Notes: generated by a model from the sequence alone, not told the origin. Shown: positions 1 to 8,044, counted from the stretch's first letter. The stretch: 32,000 nt of DNA from Acaryochloris thomasi RCC1774 (GCF_003231495.1 NZ_PQWO01000007.1:90001-122000), one strand, 5' to 3'. Numbers and translations: made by a program.

Positions 1-47
1 TCCGTCACTATAATCCTACTTCTCAGGAATTTGATGGTCCTCAAGAG

Positions 48-1760
48 GTGATTCGGATTCCTCAGGTGATGGCCGACCGGAATGGGGTTTATCGCTCGAC
101 GATTGATCAGTTAAAAGATTCACCCGCAGGAGAGGAAGGCTGGTATGTCTATGGGGCGAAGGATGCTGAAGGGGTGTTTGTAGGGGTTGCGATCGCACCT
201 CTCTCCCTCCTAGATCTGCAGCCTGACCGAATCCTCACCGGCAGGCCCGCTGCCCGTCGCGGTGCTTGGAAGCAAGCCATCTCACAAAAGGGAACGGCTC
301 ACTCTGTTTTAACAACAACGACGGCCAAGAATGCCGAAGCAGCCCTCAAAAACTGGCAGTTAGGGGATCAGGCACTCGTTCTTCATTTGTTTGGTGGCAT
401 TGGCGGTCAGAAGGCCGAAGCCCAGTCCGTCATTGGAACCGTCACCGGGCATGTCGCTTTTGGGACAGCTCAGGTGATCCGTGACCCGCTCACTCAGGCT
501 CTTCGATTTGATATTCAGTATCAGCAGATCTATTCCCACAATCCCGATGGCATCATTGCTGGCCCCATGCATTGGTCAGAATATACTGGCAACCTACAGC
601 GAGGCTGGTTGGGCACTCGTCCTGTCACAGATGTACTGGTGAATTTCCCTGCCATCACCGAAGAATACGACTTTGACGGCATCATCATTTCGCCGATGCA
701 GGAACTGAAGCAACAGCTTCAATTGATGGCGGCTCGCTATCGCACTGGGGATGGCACTGGTGCGGCCTTGGTTACGCCTGCGAAGTCCTGTGCTCAAGAT
801 TCGAGTCAGGCGGTCTACACGACGATTAAGATTATTAATGAGCAAATTCGGCAATCGCCGAAGATTCAAGCGTGGCTGGAGGCTAATCCCCAGCATCCTC
901 AAACGGAGCGCTTTCAGGAGCTGGTTGCATTAGGAAATCGTTTAGAAAGAGAGCTTGTGCCTCTCGGCATTGTTCGTCCTGATTGGCAGCAGAATGCTGA
1001 AGTATTAGCAGGCATCCAACCCCAGCGCGGCTTCACGAATCAAGATAATATCGTCACCCAAATTCTGAGCTGGCGCACCATTATTCCCCACGTTGTTCAC
1101 GATCAGCTCACCGATATCTTTCGAGACTCAGGCGCTCAGCTCTGGTTTTTGCAGACTAACCAAGTCGGCGGTTGGGATGCCAGTATTGCTCCTCTTGAGG
1201 CGACTGAACTCTTGGGCCAATGGCCCGTTATTCCGCGTGTATTCTCTCGGTTAATTGATGCTTTAACCACTTTCCCGGATAGATGGGGTTGGCTGCTCTC
1301 TGGCGGCATTCTCTTGGGATATGCTTTATTCGCTTTGTGGTTTGGCTGGCGACAGGGTTTTCTAAAGCAACATTCAACGCCCGTTAAGACAAAGCCAGCT
1401 CTGGCAATTGTGGTCGGAACTTTCTTAACCCCTGCTTTGTTTGAAGAACTGCTTTTCCGAGCGCTGATCATTCCGCATTCCTACGAGGACGTTTGGTCGC
1501 AAACCACTATGCTGTGGGCTTCTATAAGCTTGGTATTGTTTATCATTTATCATCCGCTCAATGCTTTGACAGCCTACCGACGCGGTGCCCCCACTTTTTT
1601 TCAACCCACTTTTCTGATCCTAGCCGGATTGTTAGGGGTTGCCTGCACGCTGACGTATGTTCTAACTAGTTCACTTTGGCCCGGTGTTTTGCTGCACTGG
1701 CTCGTCGTTGTCGTTTGGCTACTGCGACTCGGTGGTCTGGAACGACTCGGTATGCAGTAG
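48..1760 (+). CDS. CPBP-family (CAAX/Abi-type) intramembrane protease domain fused to a large N-terminal domain of unknown function; possibly 5'-truncated by the window edge
   Basis: 570-aa ORF. The C-terminal ~150 aa are hydrophobic helices carrying CPBP motifs EExxxR (FEELLFRALIIP) and FxxxH (FIIYHPLN) plus a late His (LLHWLV). The first ~420 aa are soluble and I recognise no family. The reading frame is open from nt 3. The track start is GTG at 48 (ATG at 67), so the true start may lie upstream of the window. Confidence 0.7.
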   Translation: MIRIPQVMADRNGVYRSTIDQLKDSPAGEEGWYVYGAKDAEGVFVGVAIAPLSLLDLQPDRILTGRPAARRGAWKQAISQKGTAHSVLTTTTAKNAEAALKNWQLGDQALVLHLFGGIGGQKAEAQSVIGTVTGHVAFGTAQVIRDPLTQALRFDIQYQQIYSHNPDGIIAGPMHWSEYTGNLQRGWLGTRPVTDVLVNFPAITEEYDFDGIIISPMQELKQQLQLMAARYRTGDGTGAALVTPAKSCAQDSSQAVYTTIKIINEQIRQSPKIQAWLEANPQHPQTERFQELVALGNRLERELVPLGIVRPDWQQNAEVLAGIQPQRGFTNQDNIVTQILSWRTIIPHVVHDQLTDIFRDSGAQLWFLQTNQVGGWDASIAPLEATELLGQWPVIPRVFSRLIDALTTFPDRWGWLLSGGILLGYALFALWFGWRQGFLKQHSTPVKTKPALAIVVGTFLTPALFEELLFRALIIPHSYEDVWSQTTMLWASISLVLFIIYHPLNALTAYRRGAPTFFQPTFLILAGLLGVACTLTYVLTSSLWPGVLLHWLVVVVWLLRLGGLERLGMQ

Positions 1761-1831
1761 ACCTCTCATATAAATCACCCCTGTTAGATGTTTGACGATG
1801 CTTTCAGAGCAAGCTTTTAACGCTTTGCACT

Positions 1832-1863
1832 GCCCCCCCGACCCCCCAATTTTGGGGGGAGAG
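1832..1863 (-). repeat. 32-nt C-run/G-run palindromic dispersed element, copy A (inverted relative to copies B and C)
   Basis: Plus strand reads g-ccccccc-ga-cccccc-aatttt-gggggg-agag. Its reverse complement, ctct-cccccc-aaaatt-gggggg-tc-ggggggg-c, matches copy B at all but 3 positions. The internal hairpin is cccccca/tgggggg. It lies 72 nt downstream of the CPBP gene stop. Confidence 0.85.
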
Positions 1864-2095
1864 CAGCCTTCTTTGGTTTATGTGGAGCGGTAAATCGTTG
1901 TCTCCCGTGATCGCTCGCATGTCTGAATTTACAAGTAGTGCCTCGTGAGATGCAGTGTATTGCTGCCGGGTGAGGTACGTCTTGGATGTAAGAATGCCTT
2001 CAGGCAAATTTTCTAGATATTATCAGTGCGCTTCACTCAGCTGAAAGCTGCTCTATATTTATCAATTGCTGCCGTATCCACGAAATCTTGCTGTA

Positions 2096-2127
2096 CTCTC
2101 CCCCCAGAATTGGGGGGCTGGGGGGGC
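2096..2127 (+). repeat. 32-nt C-run/G-run palindromic dispersed element, copy B
   Basis: Reads ctct-cccccc-agaatt-gggggg-ct-ggggggg-c. It lies 60 nt downstream of the minus-strand kinase stop (2187). It is the inverted partner of copy A, 232 bp away. Confidence 0.85.
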
Positions 2128-2186
2128 TAATGCAGAAAATTTGCAATTACATTACGTAAGAGGTCTACTGCGTGACTGATTTTGAG

Positions 2187-4250
2187 TTACCACAGTGGCT
2201 CTTTCGCTGCTGGAGCGCCCCAAAGAGGTTCTTTCTTTGGGGCAGCCTTCGGTGCTGATGGGGGCGACTTGCGTGCAGGAGCTGAGGTCGAGCGACTCGG
2301 TGCAGAAGAAGTGGATCGGCTGGGCGTTGTTGTCCGTGATGTTGTCGAAGAGCTCGAAGCTGTAGATCGTGTTGCTGCTCGTTGTGCCGCTGCTGCTGCC
2401 GCCTGCTGCTTTTTGCGGGCCGCCGCTGCTGCCACCGCCGCCTGTCGCTGCCGTTCTTTCTCCGCTGCAATGAGCTGATCAATTCTGCTCTGCAGTGCTT
2501 GAATCTCTTTCTCTTGGCTTTGCTGCTTTTCCTTGGCCTGCGCTGCGACAAAAGAATCTTCAGGAATGCTTTGGAGCTGGGTTTGTGCAGTCTTCCACTG
2601 TGTCTGCACCTCTGCGATGGGGGCTACCGTGGTGGCCTTCTCCGCCTCAGCCGTCTTTGCCTCAGCCGTTTTGGCTGTCGCTTCAGCTTGCTCAAATGCC
2701 TCTTGTGCTTTCTTCTCTGCGACTAGGCGGGCTTGGACGACCTTAAACTGCTTTTCGTATTCGGGCAGTTCCTGCTTGGCCGTGGGATAGATCTTGACAT
2801 CCTCAGGAATGGATTTGAGCGATGCGATCGCATCTTCAAAGCGATCATGCGCGGCCTCTAAATCCTTGAGGTTTTTGGCTTGTTTGCTATCAGCCTGCGC
2901 GGTCTCTGCATCATCGACTGCATCCTTATACACCGTTTGAAACTGCAGAGTGCGGGAGCAGTTATTAAAAACCTGACACAGCGGTTCCAGATGGGGAGAG
3001 GCTAGTCCTAGAGCGCCCCCACCCAGCAGGAGAACCACAATCCCCAAGGCTGCTGCCTTCAGTTTTTTAGAGCCCTTTGAGGCGCGGAGACTTTTGGGTA
3101 GAGGGAGCGGCGTCGCGGCTATCGTTGCAGCCGTCGCAGGCTCAACAGGAACGCTCTTAAAGTTCTCATTGTCCTGGTACCTTGTCGAATCTTGGGCCGC
3201 CGTTTCGGGTAAGGGTGGCGTCTCCAGCGACGATGCAGCCACAGGTTCCATAACCTCTGGGCTAGGAGGAATGGCGGTGGGCGCAGGTCCAACGTCGGTC
3301 GGCGCTGCGGGCTGAGCCGTCACCACTGTGGCAGGCACCTCTTCTACAGCCCCCATCTCTGTTTCGGCAAAGTCATCAATCAGGACAACCTCTGCTTGAG
3401 GAAGGCCTGCTGCTTTGCGAGCATCGATTAGAGCCTGTACTGCTGACAGAGCTGTGGATGCAGATCCGTAACGCTGCCGATAGTCGTAGAGCACCATCTT
3501 TTCGAGAATGGTGGCAAATTCCGGTGAAACCTGGGCATGATTGCGCCAGACGAGTTCTCCCGTTTCATCATCTTCAGGGAGCTGCCCCATGCCTGGATTG
3601 ATGCCGGTGAGCGCCTGGATGCCAATCATGCCTACGGCGTAAACATCGCTGCTCAGCTTGGGGTTGCCGCGAAACTGTTCGCTGGGGACGTAGCCAGGAC
3701 TGCCAATCAGGACCGTTTGAGGGGTATGGCTGTGGTGGTTGATGAGCTGCGTCGTCATCTGTTTGACGGCTCCGAAGTCAATTAAGACAACCTTGCCGTC
3801 TGTTTGCCGCCGGATCAGATTGGAGGGCTTGATATCGCGGTGAATAACCTGATTTTGATGAACAAAGTCTAGGACTTCTAAGATGTCGCAGAGAAGTGCG
3901 ATCGCATCTTCTTCCTTCACGGGCTGTCCTGGCTCTAGCTCGTGATCGATGCCGTGTCCAGGGATAAACTCCTCAACTAAATAAAACCCTTCCGCTTCTT
4001 CAAAGTGAGCCAACAGCCTCGGAATCTGGTCGTGGTGTCCCAGCTTGTGCAGCATCTTGGCTTCGGCATCGAATAGCCGTCGAGCGACCTTGAGAGCAGC
4101 AGCCTGATGATGCTCGGTTTTTAGTTTTTTAACCACGCAGCACTGAGCATCGGGCAGGTGCTGGTCTTCTGCTAAATAAGCCTCGCCAAAACCACCCTCC
4201 CCCAGGGGCTTAATGACTTTGTAGCGTCCTGCGAGTAGCGTTCCTAGCAT
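2187..4250 (-). CDS. Transmembrane Hanks-type Ser/Thr protein kinase with an extracytoplasmic coiled-coil region and a low-complexity Ala/Ser/Thr-rich tail
   Basis: 687-aa ORF with an ATG start. Kinase motifs: G-loop LGEGGFGEAY, catalytic Lys context CVVKKL, HRDIKPSNL, DFGAVK and SPGYVPSEQ. A Pro-rich linker is followed by one TM helix (AAALGIVVLLLGGGALGLA). Next comes a Cys pair (LCQVFNNC), then a Lys/Glu/Ala/Gln-rich helical region and a poly-Ala / Ser-Thr tail. Confidence 0.9.
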   Translation of the reverse strand: MLGTLLAGRYKVIKPLGEGGFGEAYLAEDQHLPDAQCCVVKKLKTEHHQAAALKVARRLFDAEAKMLHKLGHHDQIPRLLAHFEEAEGFYLVEEFIPGHGIDHELEPGQPVKEEDAIALLCDILEVLDFVHQNQVIHRDIKPSNLIRRQTDGKVVLIDFGAVKQMTTQLINHHSHTPQTVLIGSPGYVPSEQFRGNPKLSSDVYAVGMIGIQALTGINPGMGQLPEDDETGELVWRNHAQVSPEFATILEKMVLYDYRQRYGSASTALSAVQALIDARKAAGLPQAEVVLIDDFAETEMGAVEEVPATVVTAQPAAPTDVGPAPTAIPPSPEVMEPVAASSLETPPLPETAAQDSTRYQDNENFKSVPVEPATAATIAATPLPLPKSLRASKGSKKLKAAALGIVVLLLGGGALGLASPHLEPLCQVFNNCSRTLQFQTVYKDAVDDAETAQADSKQAKNLKDLEAAHDRFEDAIASLKSIPEDVKIYPTAKQELPEYEKQFKVVQARLVAEKKAQEAFEQAEATAKTAEAKTAEAEKATTVAPIAEVQTQWKTAQTQLQSIPEDSFVAAQAKEKQQSQEKEIQALQSRIDQLIAAEKERQRQAAVAAAAARKKQQAAAAAAQRAATRSTASSSSTTSRTTTPSRSTSSAPSRSTSAPARKSPPSAPKAAPKKEPLWGAPAAKEPLW

Positions 4251-4307
4251 GGTAAGTAGGTAGGCATCATCAAATTAAAGACCGGATATTGGCAAATGTT
4301 TTGCATG

Positions 4308-4423
4308 GCCCTCACCCCCAACCCCTCTCCCAATACTGGAGAGAGGGGAGCAAGAAACTCGTAACACTTGTCTTTCTCCCCCCTCGCCCAGGATTGGGAG
4401 AGGGGGGCTGGGGGGGTGAGGGC
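4308..4423. repeat. Composite structured repeat related to the 32-nt element, with nested hairpins and outer inverted arms
   Basis: The outer arm gccctcaccccca (4308-4320) pairs with tgggggggtgagggc (4409-4423). Inner hairpin 1 is cccctctcc...ggagagagggg (4322-4348). Inner hairpin 2 is cccccc-tcgccca-ggat-tgggaga-gggggg (4378-4407). This is followed by ct-ggggggg, the same 3' half as copy B. The element sits between the CsgG-like gene end and the kinase start. Confidence 0.8.
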
Positions 4424-4609
4424 TAAGTGAGCGCTTAAAGCCTGAACAGCGTTACACAGAACAACGGAAACTATCCAAAACGTATCATACCCTCCACGAT
4501 TGCCACGGCCCCAGTGATGGATATCCACCCAATTTATACAGGGTTGAGCGATCGGTGTATAAAGCGGGCAAGGCATATACAAGGATGCAAGTTCCCAGGC
4601 GAGTTGGGG

Positions 4610-5614
4610 CTACTCCACAGCTTTAGCGCGATCGCCCACCTCGAAGCCCTGCCCGTTCAAGATCGTCCCCACGGATGACTGAGCATCAACTTCGGTGAGC
4701 TGCAGCCGCCCAATAGACTGGGTTTGACGCCGCAGTAGTTTGCCCGTCTCTGGATCCTTAACCTCTTTAATCACACGCTCCACCGAGAGCACCATGCCTG
4801 GTCTAAAGCCATCTTTCCCACCTTTATTCAAGATCACCTCTTGGCCTGTGACGTCAGCAATCACTGGCTCCGCCGTCGGCAAGACTTCAGGGAGAGCCGC
4901 GAGCTTAGGAGCCACGGTCACGAGCTGAGCCACCACCTGATCAACGGCCTGCTTAGCTGCTTCACCGAGAAGACGGTCAGAACTATCCCCGCCCGTACTG
5001 GCCGAGATGCCAAAGATGCTGCCGCCGCCACCGCTCTTGTCGGCGCGTCCAGAACCCTCTGCTGCAGACAGGATTTCACCGGTCGCGGTCCCCACTAAGC
5101 GGGTTGAAATCTGGACGTTGGCAATCTGCTTTTTCTGTTTACCGCCAAGCCCAAAGATGCGGCCAATCGAGACATCGTTGCCCTGATCTTCCATGTTGAA
5201 TTGCGTAATCGATCCCATCAGAACGGCATCAACCCCCAAGAGGCGACCAATCTGCGCGGCAGTGCTGGGTTCTAATCTGTCGGACTGCCCCAGATTCTGT
5301 TCAGCAAGAATCGCCTCCACCTTACTGCGCTCGATCAGGACATAGGTGCCGTCTTTTACTAGCTCGTTGGTCAGCAGGTTGCTAACGCCCTTAGAGGGAC
5401 CGTTTTGCCCGTACAGCCCCAGATAGGTTCCAGTCTTGCTGACGTTGGCAAAATCCAGGTCTAAAACAGCAATTCGTTTGCTGGGCGTGACGCGAATCTG
5501 TTCGACCCCCGCAGCATTTGTCCCCGCTGGGTTTGCGAATATCGCCACTGGACTGGAGAGAGTGGACGCTGCGATCGCAACGGCAACCCCAGCCACTAAT
5601 GGATAATGCCTCAT
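4610..5614 (-). CDS. CsgG/HfaB-family (curli-type secretion channel-like) protein with a signal peptide, no lipobox, and a C-terminal beta-rich extension
   Basis: 334-aa ORF with an ATG start. It has an N-terminal hydrophobic signal-like segment (VAGVAVAIAASTLSSPVAIFA). The core resembles the CsgG family pattern (IAVLDLDFANVS...GVSNLLTNELVKDGTYVLIERSKVEAILAEQNLGQS...AAQIGRLLGVDAVLMGSITQF). The protein contains no cysteine at all. Confidence 0.6.
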   Translation of the reverse strand: MRHYPLVAGVAVAIAASTLSSPVAIFANPAGTNAAGVEQIRVTPSKRIAVLDLDFANVSKTGTYLGLYGQNGPSKGVSNLLTNELVKDGTYVLIERSKVEAILAEQNLGQSDRLEPSTAAQIGRLLGVDAVLMGSITQFNMEDQGNDVSIGRIFGLGGKQKKQIANVQISTRLVGTATGEILSAAEGSGRADKSGGGGSIFGISASTGGDSSDRLLGEAAKQAVDQVVAQLVTVAPKLAALPEVLPTAEPVIADVTGQEVILNKGGKDGFRPGMVLSVERVIKEVKDPETGKLLRRQTQSIGRLQLTEVDAQSSVGTILNGQGFEVGDRAKAVE

Positions 5615-5794
5615 CTACCGATACCCCACTGAATATTTTCTAAAACTGTTCCACAACATTGAAAAGCCTCTACCACGTTGACTATTGCTAGTCTCTGCGG
5701 GTTCCCCGCCGGCTTTTGACGAGTCCCACATCAGCTGGAACACCATATTAGCTGCTCTTTTGTTGAAGGACCAACGATGACTCATTCTATATTT

Positions 5795-7048
5795 TTAGCG
5801 ATCGCAAACCTTCCGAATGGATTGCCGACAGGATTTTGAAGCGATGCTGATGGCCTCCAGCGCTCGCCGATATTCCGGTTGATTATCGGCCTGTAAAGAC
5901 AGATCGGCGGCTGTGCGGAGATCGGCGAGTGCCGCCTGCTGTTGCCCCTGATTGAGCTGCAGGACGCCGCGATTATAGTAGGCTCTGGCATGGCGATCGT
6001 TGCGCTCAATCACCTGCGAATAATCGGCCATTGCCCCCTGAGGATTCCCTAAAGAAGATTGGATCAGCGCTCTGCCTAGATAGGCCATGATCAGGTCAGT
6101 ATCTAGTGCCAGGGCTTTGTCGAAGTCGATTAGCGCTCCCGGTTGGTCCTGCTGTAGATAGCGAATACTGCCTCGCAGCGCGTAAGCCGGGGCAAACTGA
6201 GCATCAAGCCGGATGGCCTGGGTTGAAAGGCTCAAAGCCTGATCCACTGCGCCTCGTTCATACTGGTCGAGTGCCTGTAGATAGATGTCATCAACGCCGG
6301 TCGCCGTTGCCACCGCCGCCGGCGTACGAAAACCCAGGTTGACGCCGGTTTTAGGAACCAAGCTTAAGAACGTATTGATGGGAATCCCGAGGTTGAACCC
6401 GGTTTTGATGTAGATATCAGGATTGATGCTTTGATTCTGGACGCGATCGGTGGTGTCAGCCCGCCCGTGAATGCCCAGCAGGTTGCCGTCAGAGTCGAGG
6501 ACAGGGCCACCGCTCATGCCGGGTAGGGTGCTGTTGGAATAAACCAGCGCATAGCCGTCGGTCAAGGCGCGATTGGCGTTGGCGGTGATTTTCCCGGTTG
6601 TGAAGTTATAGATTGTGTCTGTGATCGCCTGCGTCCGGGCCGGGAAACCCGCGACATAGCTGGTGCTACCCTCTGGCATCTGCTGTGAGTCGCCCAGCTT
6701 TGCAATGGGATAGTTGCGATCGCTAACAAACTGCAGAATGGCTAAATCAACCCCTGGCAGCTTTTTGATTTGACCCGCAACTGCAGGGTAGCGCCGCCCC
6801 CCTTGCGTGACAACCTCATAGTCATCAGCGGTGGCAACCACGTGGGCTGCCGTGAGCAGTGTATAAATATTACCCTCACGCTTAATCAGCACTCCCGAAC
6901 CCGGCGTTTGGCTATCGACTCTTACCGTGATATCTTTCGCAATCTGATTAACTTCAGTGGCGCTGAGTGCTGAAGCTATTTGGGGGGTAGAGAGAACTAC
7001 GACCGGCACAGTAAGAGCCGAAAGTAGAAATCCATAATTGGTTTTCAT
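5795..7048 (-). CDS. Secreted trypsin-like (S1/chymotrypsin fold) serine protease with C-terminal TPR repeats
   Basis: The track ORF starts at TTG 7081. ATG at 7048 gives a classic signal peptide (MKTNYGFLLSALTVPVVVLSTPQIASA). The catalytic triad contexts are TAAHVV (His), DLAILQF (Asp) and GMSGGPVLD (Ser). The C-terminal ~170 aa are TPR-like (AYALRGSIRYLQQDQPGALIDFDKALALD..., ARAYYNRGVLQLNQGQQQAALADL). Confidence 0.85.
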   Translation of the reverse strand: MKTNYGFLLSALTVPVVVLSTPQIASALSATEVNQIAKDITVRVDSQTPGSGVLIKREGNIYTLLTAAHVVATADDYEVVTQGGRRYPAVAGQIKKLPGVDLAILQFVSDRNYPIAKLGDSQQMPEGSTSYVAGFPARTQAITDTIYNFTTGKITANANRALTDGYALVYSNSTLPGMSGGPVLDSDGNLLGIHGRADTTDRVQNQSINPDIYIKTGFNLGIPINTFLSLVPKTGVNLGFRTPAAVATATGVDDIYLQALDQYERGAVDQALSLSTQAIRLDAQFAPAYALRGSIRYLQQDQPGALIDFDKALALDTDLIMAYLGRALIQSSLGNPQGAMADYSQVIERNDRHARAYYNRGVLQLNQGQQQAALADLRTAADLSLQADNQPEYRRALEAISIASKSCRQSIRKVCDR

Positions 7049-7339
7049 CTGCTTCAGAGAAGATAGGCGAACGTTAGTCAAAATTTATAATAGCGCTCAG
7101 AGAAAATCAGTGATCTAGGTCAGCTATTGAGAGAAATGGATCGACGAATTCACTGTGTATCCTCACTTAGATAATGTCTGGGTTGTGTCTCGGACAAGGT
7201 GCTCTTGCCGATGACGGTCAAAAAGATTTGAAGCTGTAGCTTAACGACAGATAGGGCACCCTAGGTTAGTCCTTGTGTTCAACACAGCTATTTGTCCTAA
7301 CCCCTGATCCCCAGCCAGCCTTTCCGAAATAACCCCACC

Positions 7340-8044
7340 ATGAAAAAAGAACATTTAGGTGCTTTCATCGATGCGGTCTACGCCATTTCGATTACGATGC
7401 TTGCCCTTGATATTCCCGTCGAAATTGAGGCCCATGACCTAGCGACTTTGCAGAATCTGCTCGCCGTCTTCATTCAATATTGCCTATCTTTTGTAATGCT
7501 GTTTGGTTTTTGGCTGCAGCATCGACAGGTGAATCACTACCTTCCCCTTAGCCGCTTCAGTCTTTGGATATCAGCCGCTCTTTTGCTGATCACCACGCTC
7601 ATACCTCGGGTCACGACACTTGTTTATGAGCATGGTGCTTACGAGCACAGCGCTCAGTCTGGAAACCTTCTTCAGTTCAACTTCTCTGAGGCGATAGATA
7701 TTATCTTTATCGTTACGATCGTCATCGCAGATGCACTTTTGGGGCAGCTCGTTCTCCGATTAAAATCTCCTGCTGACGCCTCGCACCCAGACTCTATTCA
7801 CATTCGCCAGATGCGGAAATCAAAAGCTGTTATTACTGCAAGTCTCGTTGCCATGACGGTGGCGATTCTGCTGATCCCTCCTGCAAATCGCAACTTGCTT
7901 TGGTTGATTGCAGTGCTTATTTTTCTGCAAAATGATGTGGGTTTATTTCTAGACAGCTTACCCCTCTTGAGACGACGGCCATCATCGCGCACGGTTAGCC
8001 CGAATCATGCCCCACAGCAGGGGCCATCTTTGGATGAAGGATAG
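7340..8044 (+). CDS. TMEM175/DUF1211-family membrane protein (putative K+ channel)
   Basis: 234-aa ORF with about 6 hydrophobic helices. The N-terminal motif LGAFIDAVYAISITMLALDIP resembles the DUF1211 signature (RxxxFSDgvfAIaiTLLvLe), and a WLQH motif follows in helix 2. Confidence 0.6.
   Translation: MKKEHLGAFIDAVYAISITMLALDIPVEIEAHDLATLQNLLAVFIQYCLSFVMLFGFWLQHRQVNHYLPLSRFSLWISAALLLITTLIPRVTTLVYEHGAYEHSAQSGNLLQFNFSEAIDIIFIVTIVIADALLGQLVLRLKSPADASHPDSIHIRQMRKSKAVITASLVAMTVAILLIPPANRNLLWLIAVLIFLQNDVGLFLDSLPLLRRRPSSRTVSPNHAPQQGPSLDEG

Noticed and set aside
1804-2007. 67-aa minus-strand ORF in the convergent intergenic region
   Set aside because: It reads through repeat copy A (SPQNWGVGGA) and lies between two gene 3' ends. 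It is more parsimoniously non-coding.
2165-2790. Five overlapping track ORFs (2165-2551 minus; 2182-2478, 2382-2726, 2495-2746 and 2533-2790 plus) within or antisense to the kinase 3' region
   Set aside because: They all fall inside the low-complexity GC-rich Ala/Ser/Thr/Lys-coding tail of the 687-aa kinase ORF. Their products are Arg/Cys/Leu-rich nonsense typical of off-frame translation, and none has its own start context.
4244-4582. 112-aa minus-strand ORF between the CsgG-like and kinase genes
   Set aside because: It is largely the translation of the composite C-run/G-run repeat (it gives PPAPLSQSWARGEK... and PVLGEGLGVRA). It overlaps the kinase start by 7 nt and has no coding-like composition.
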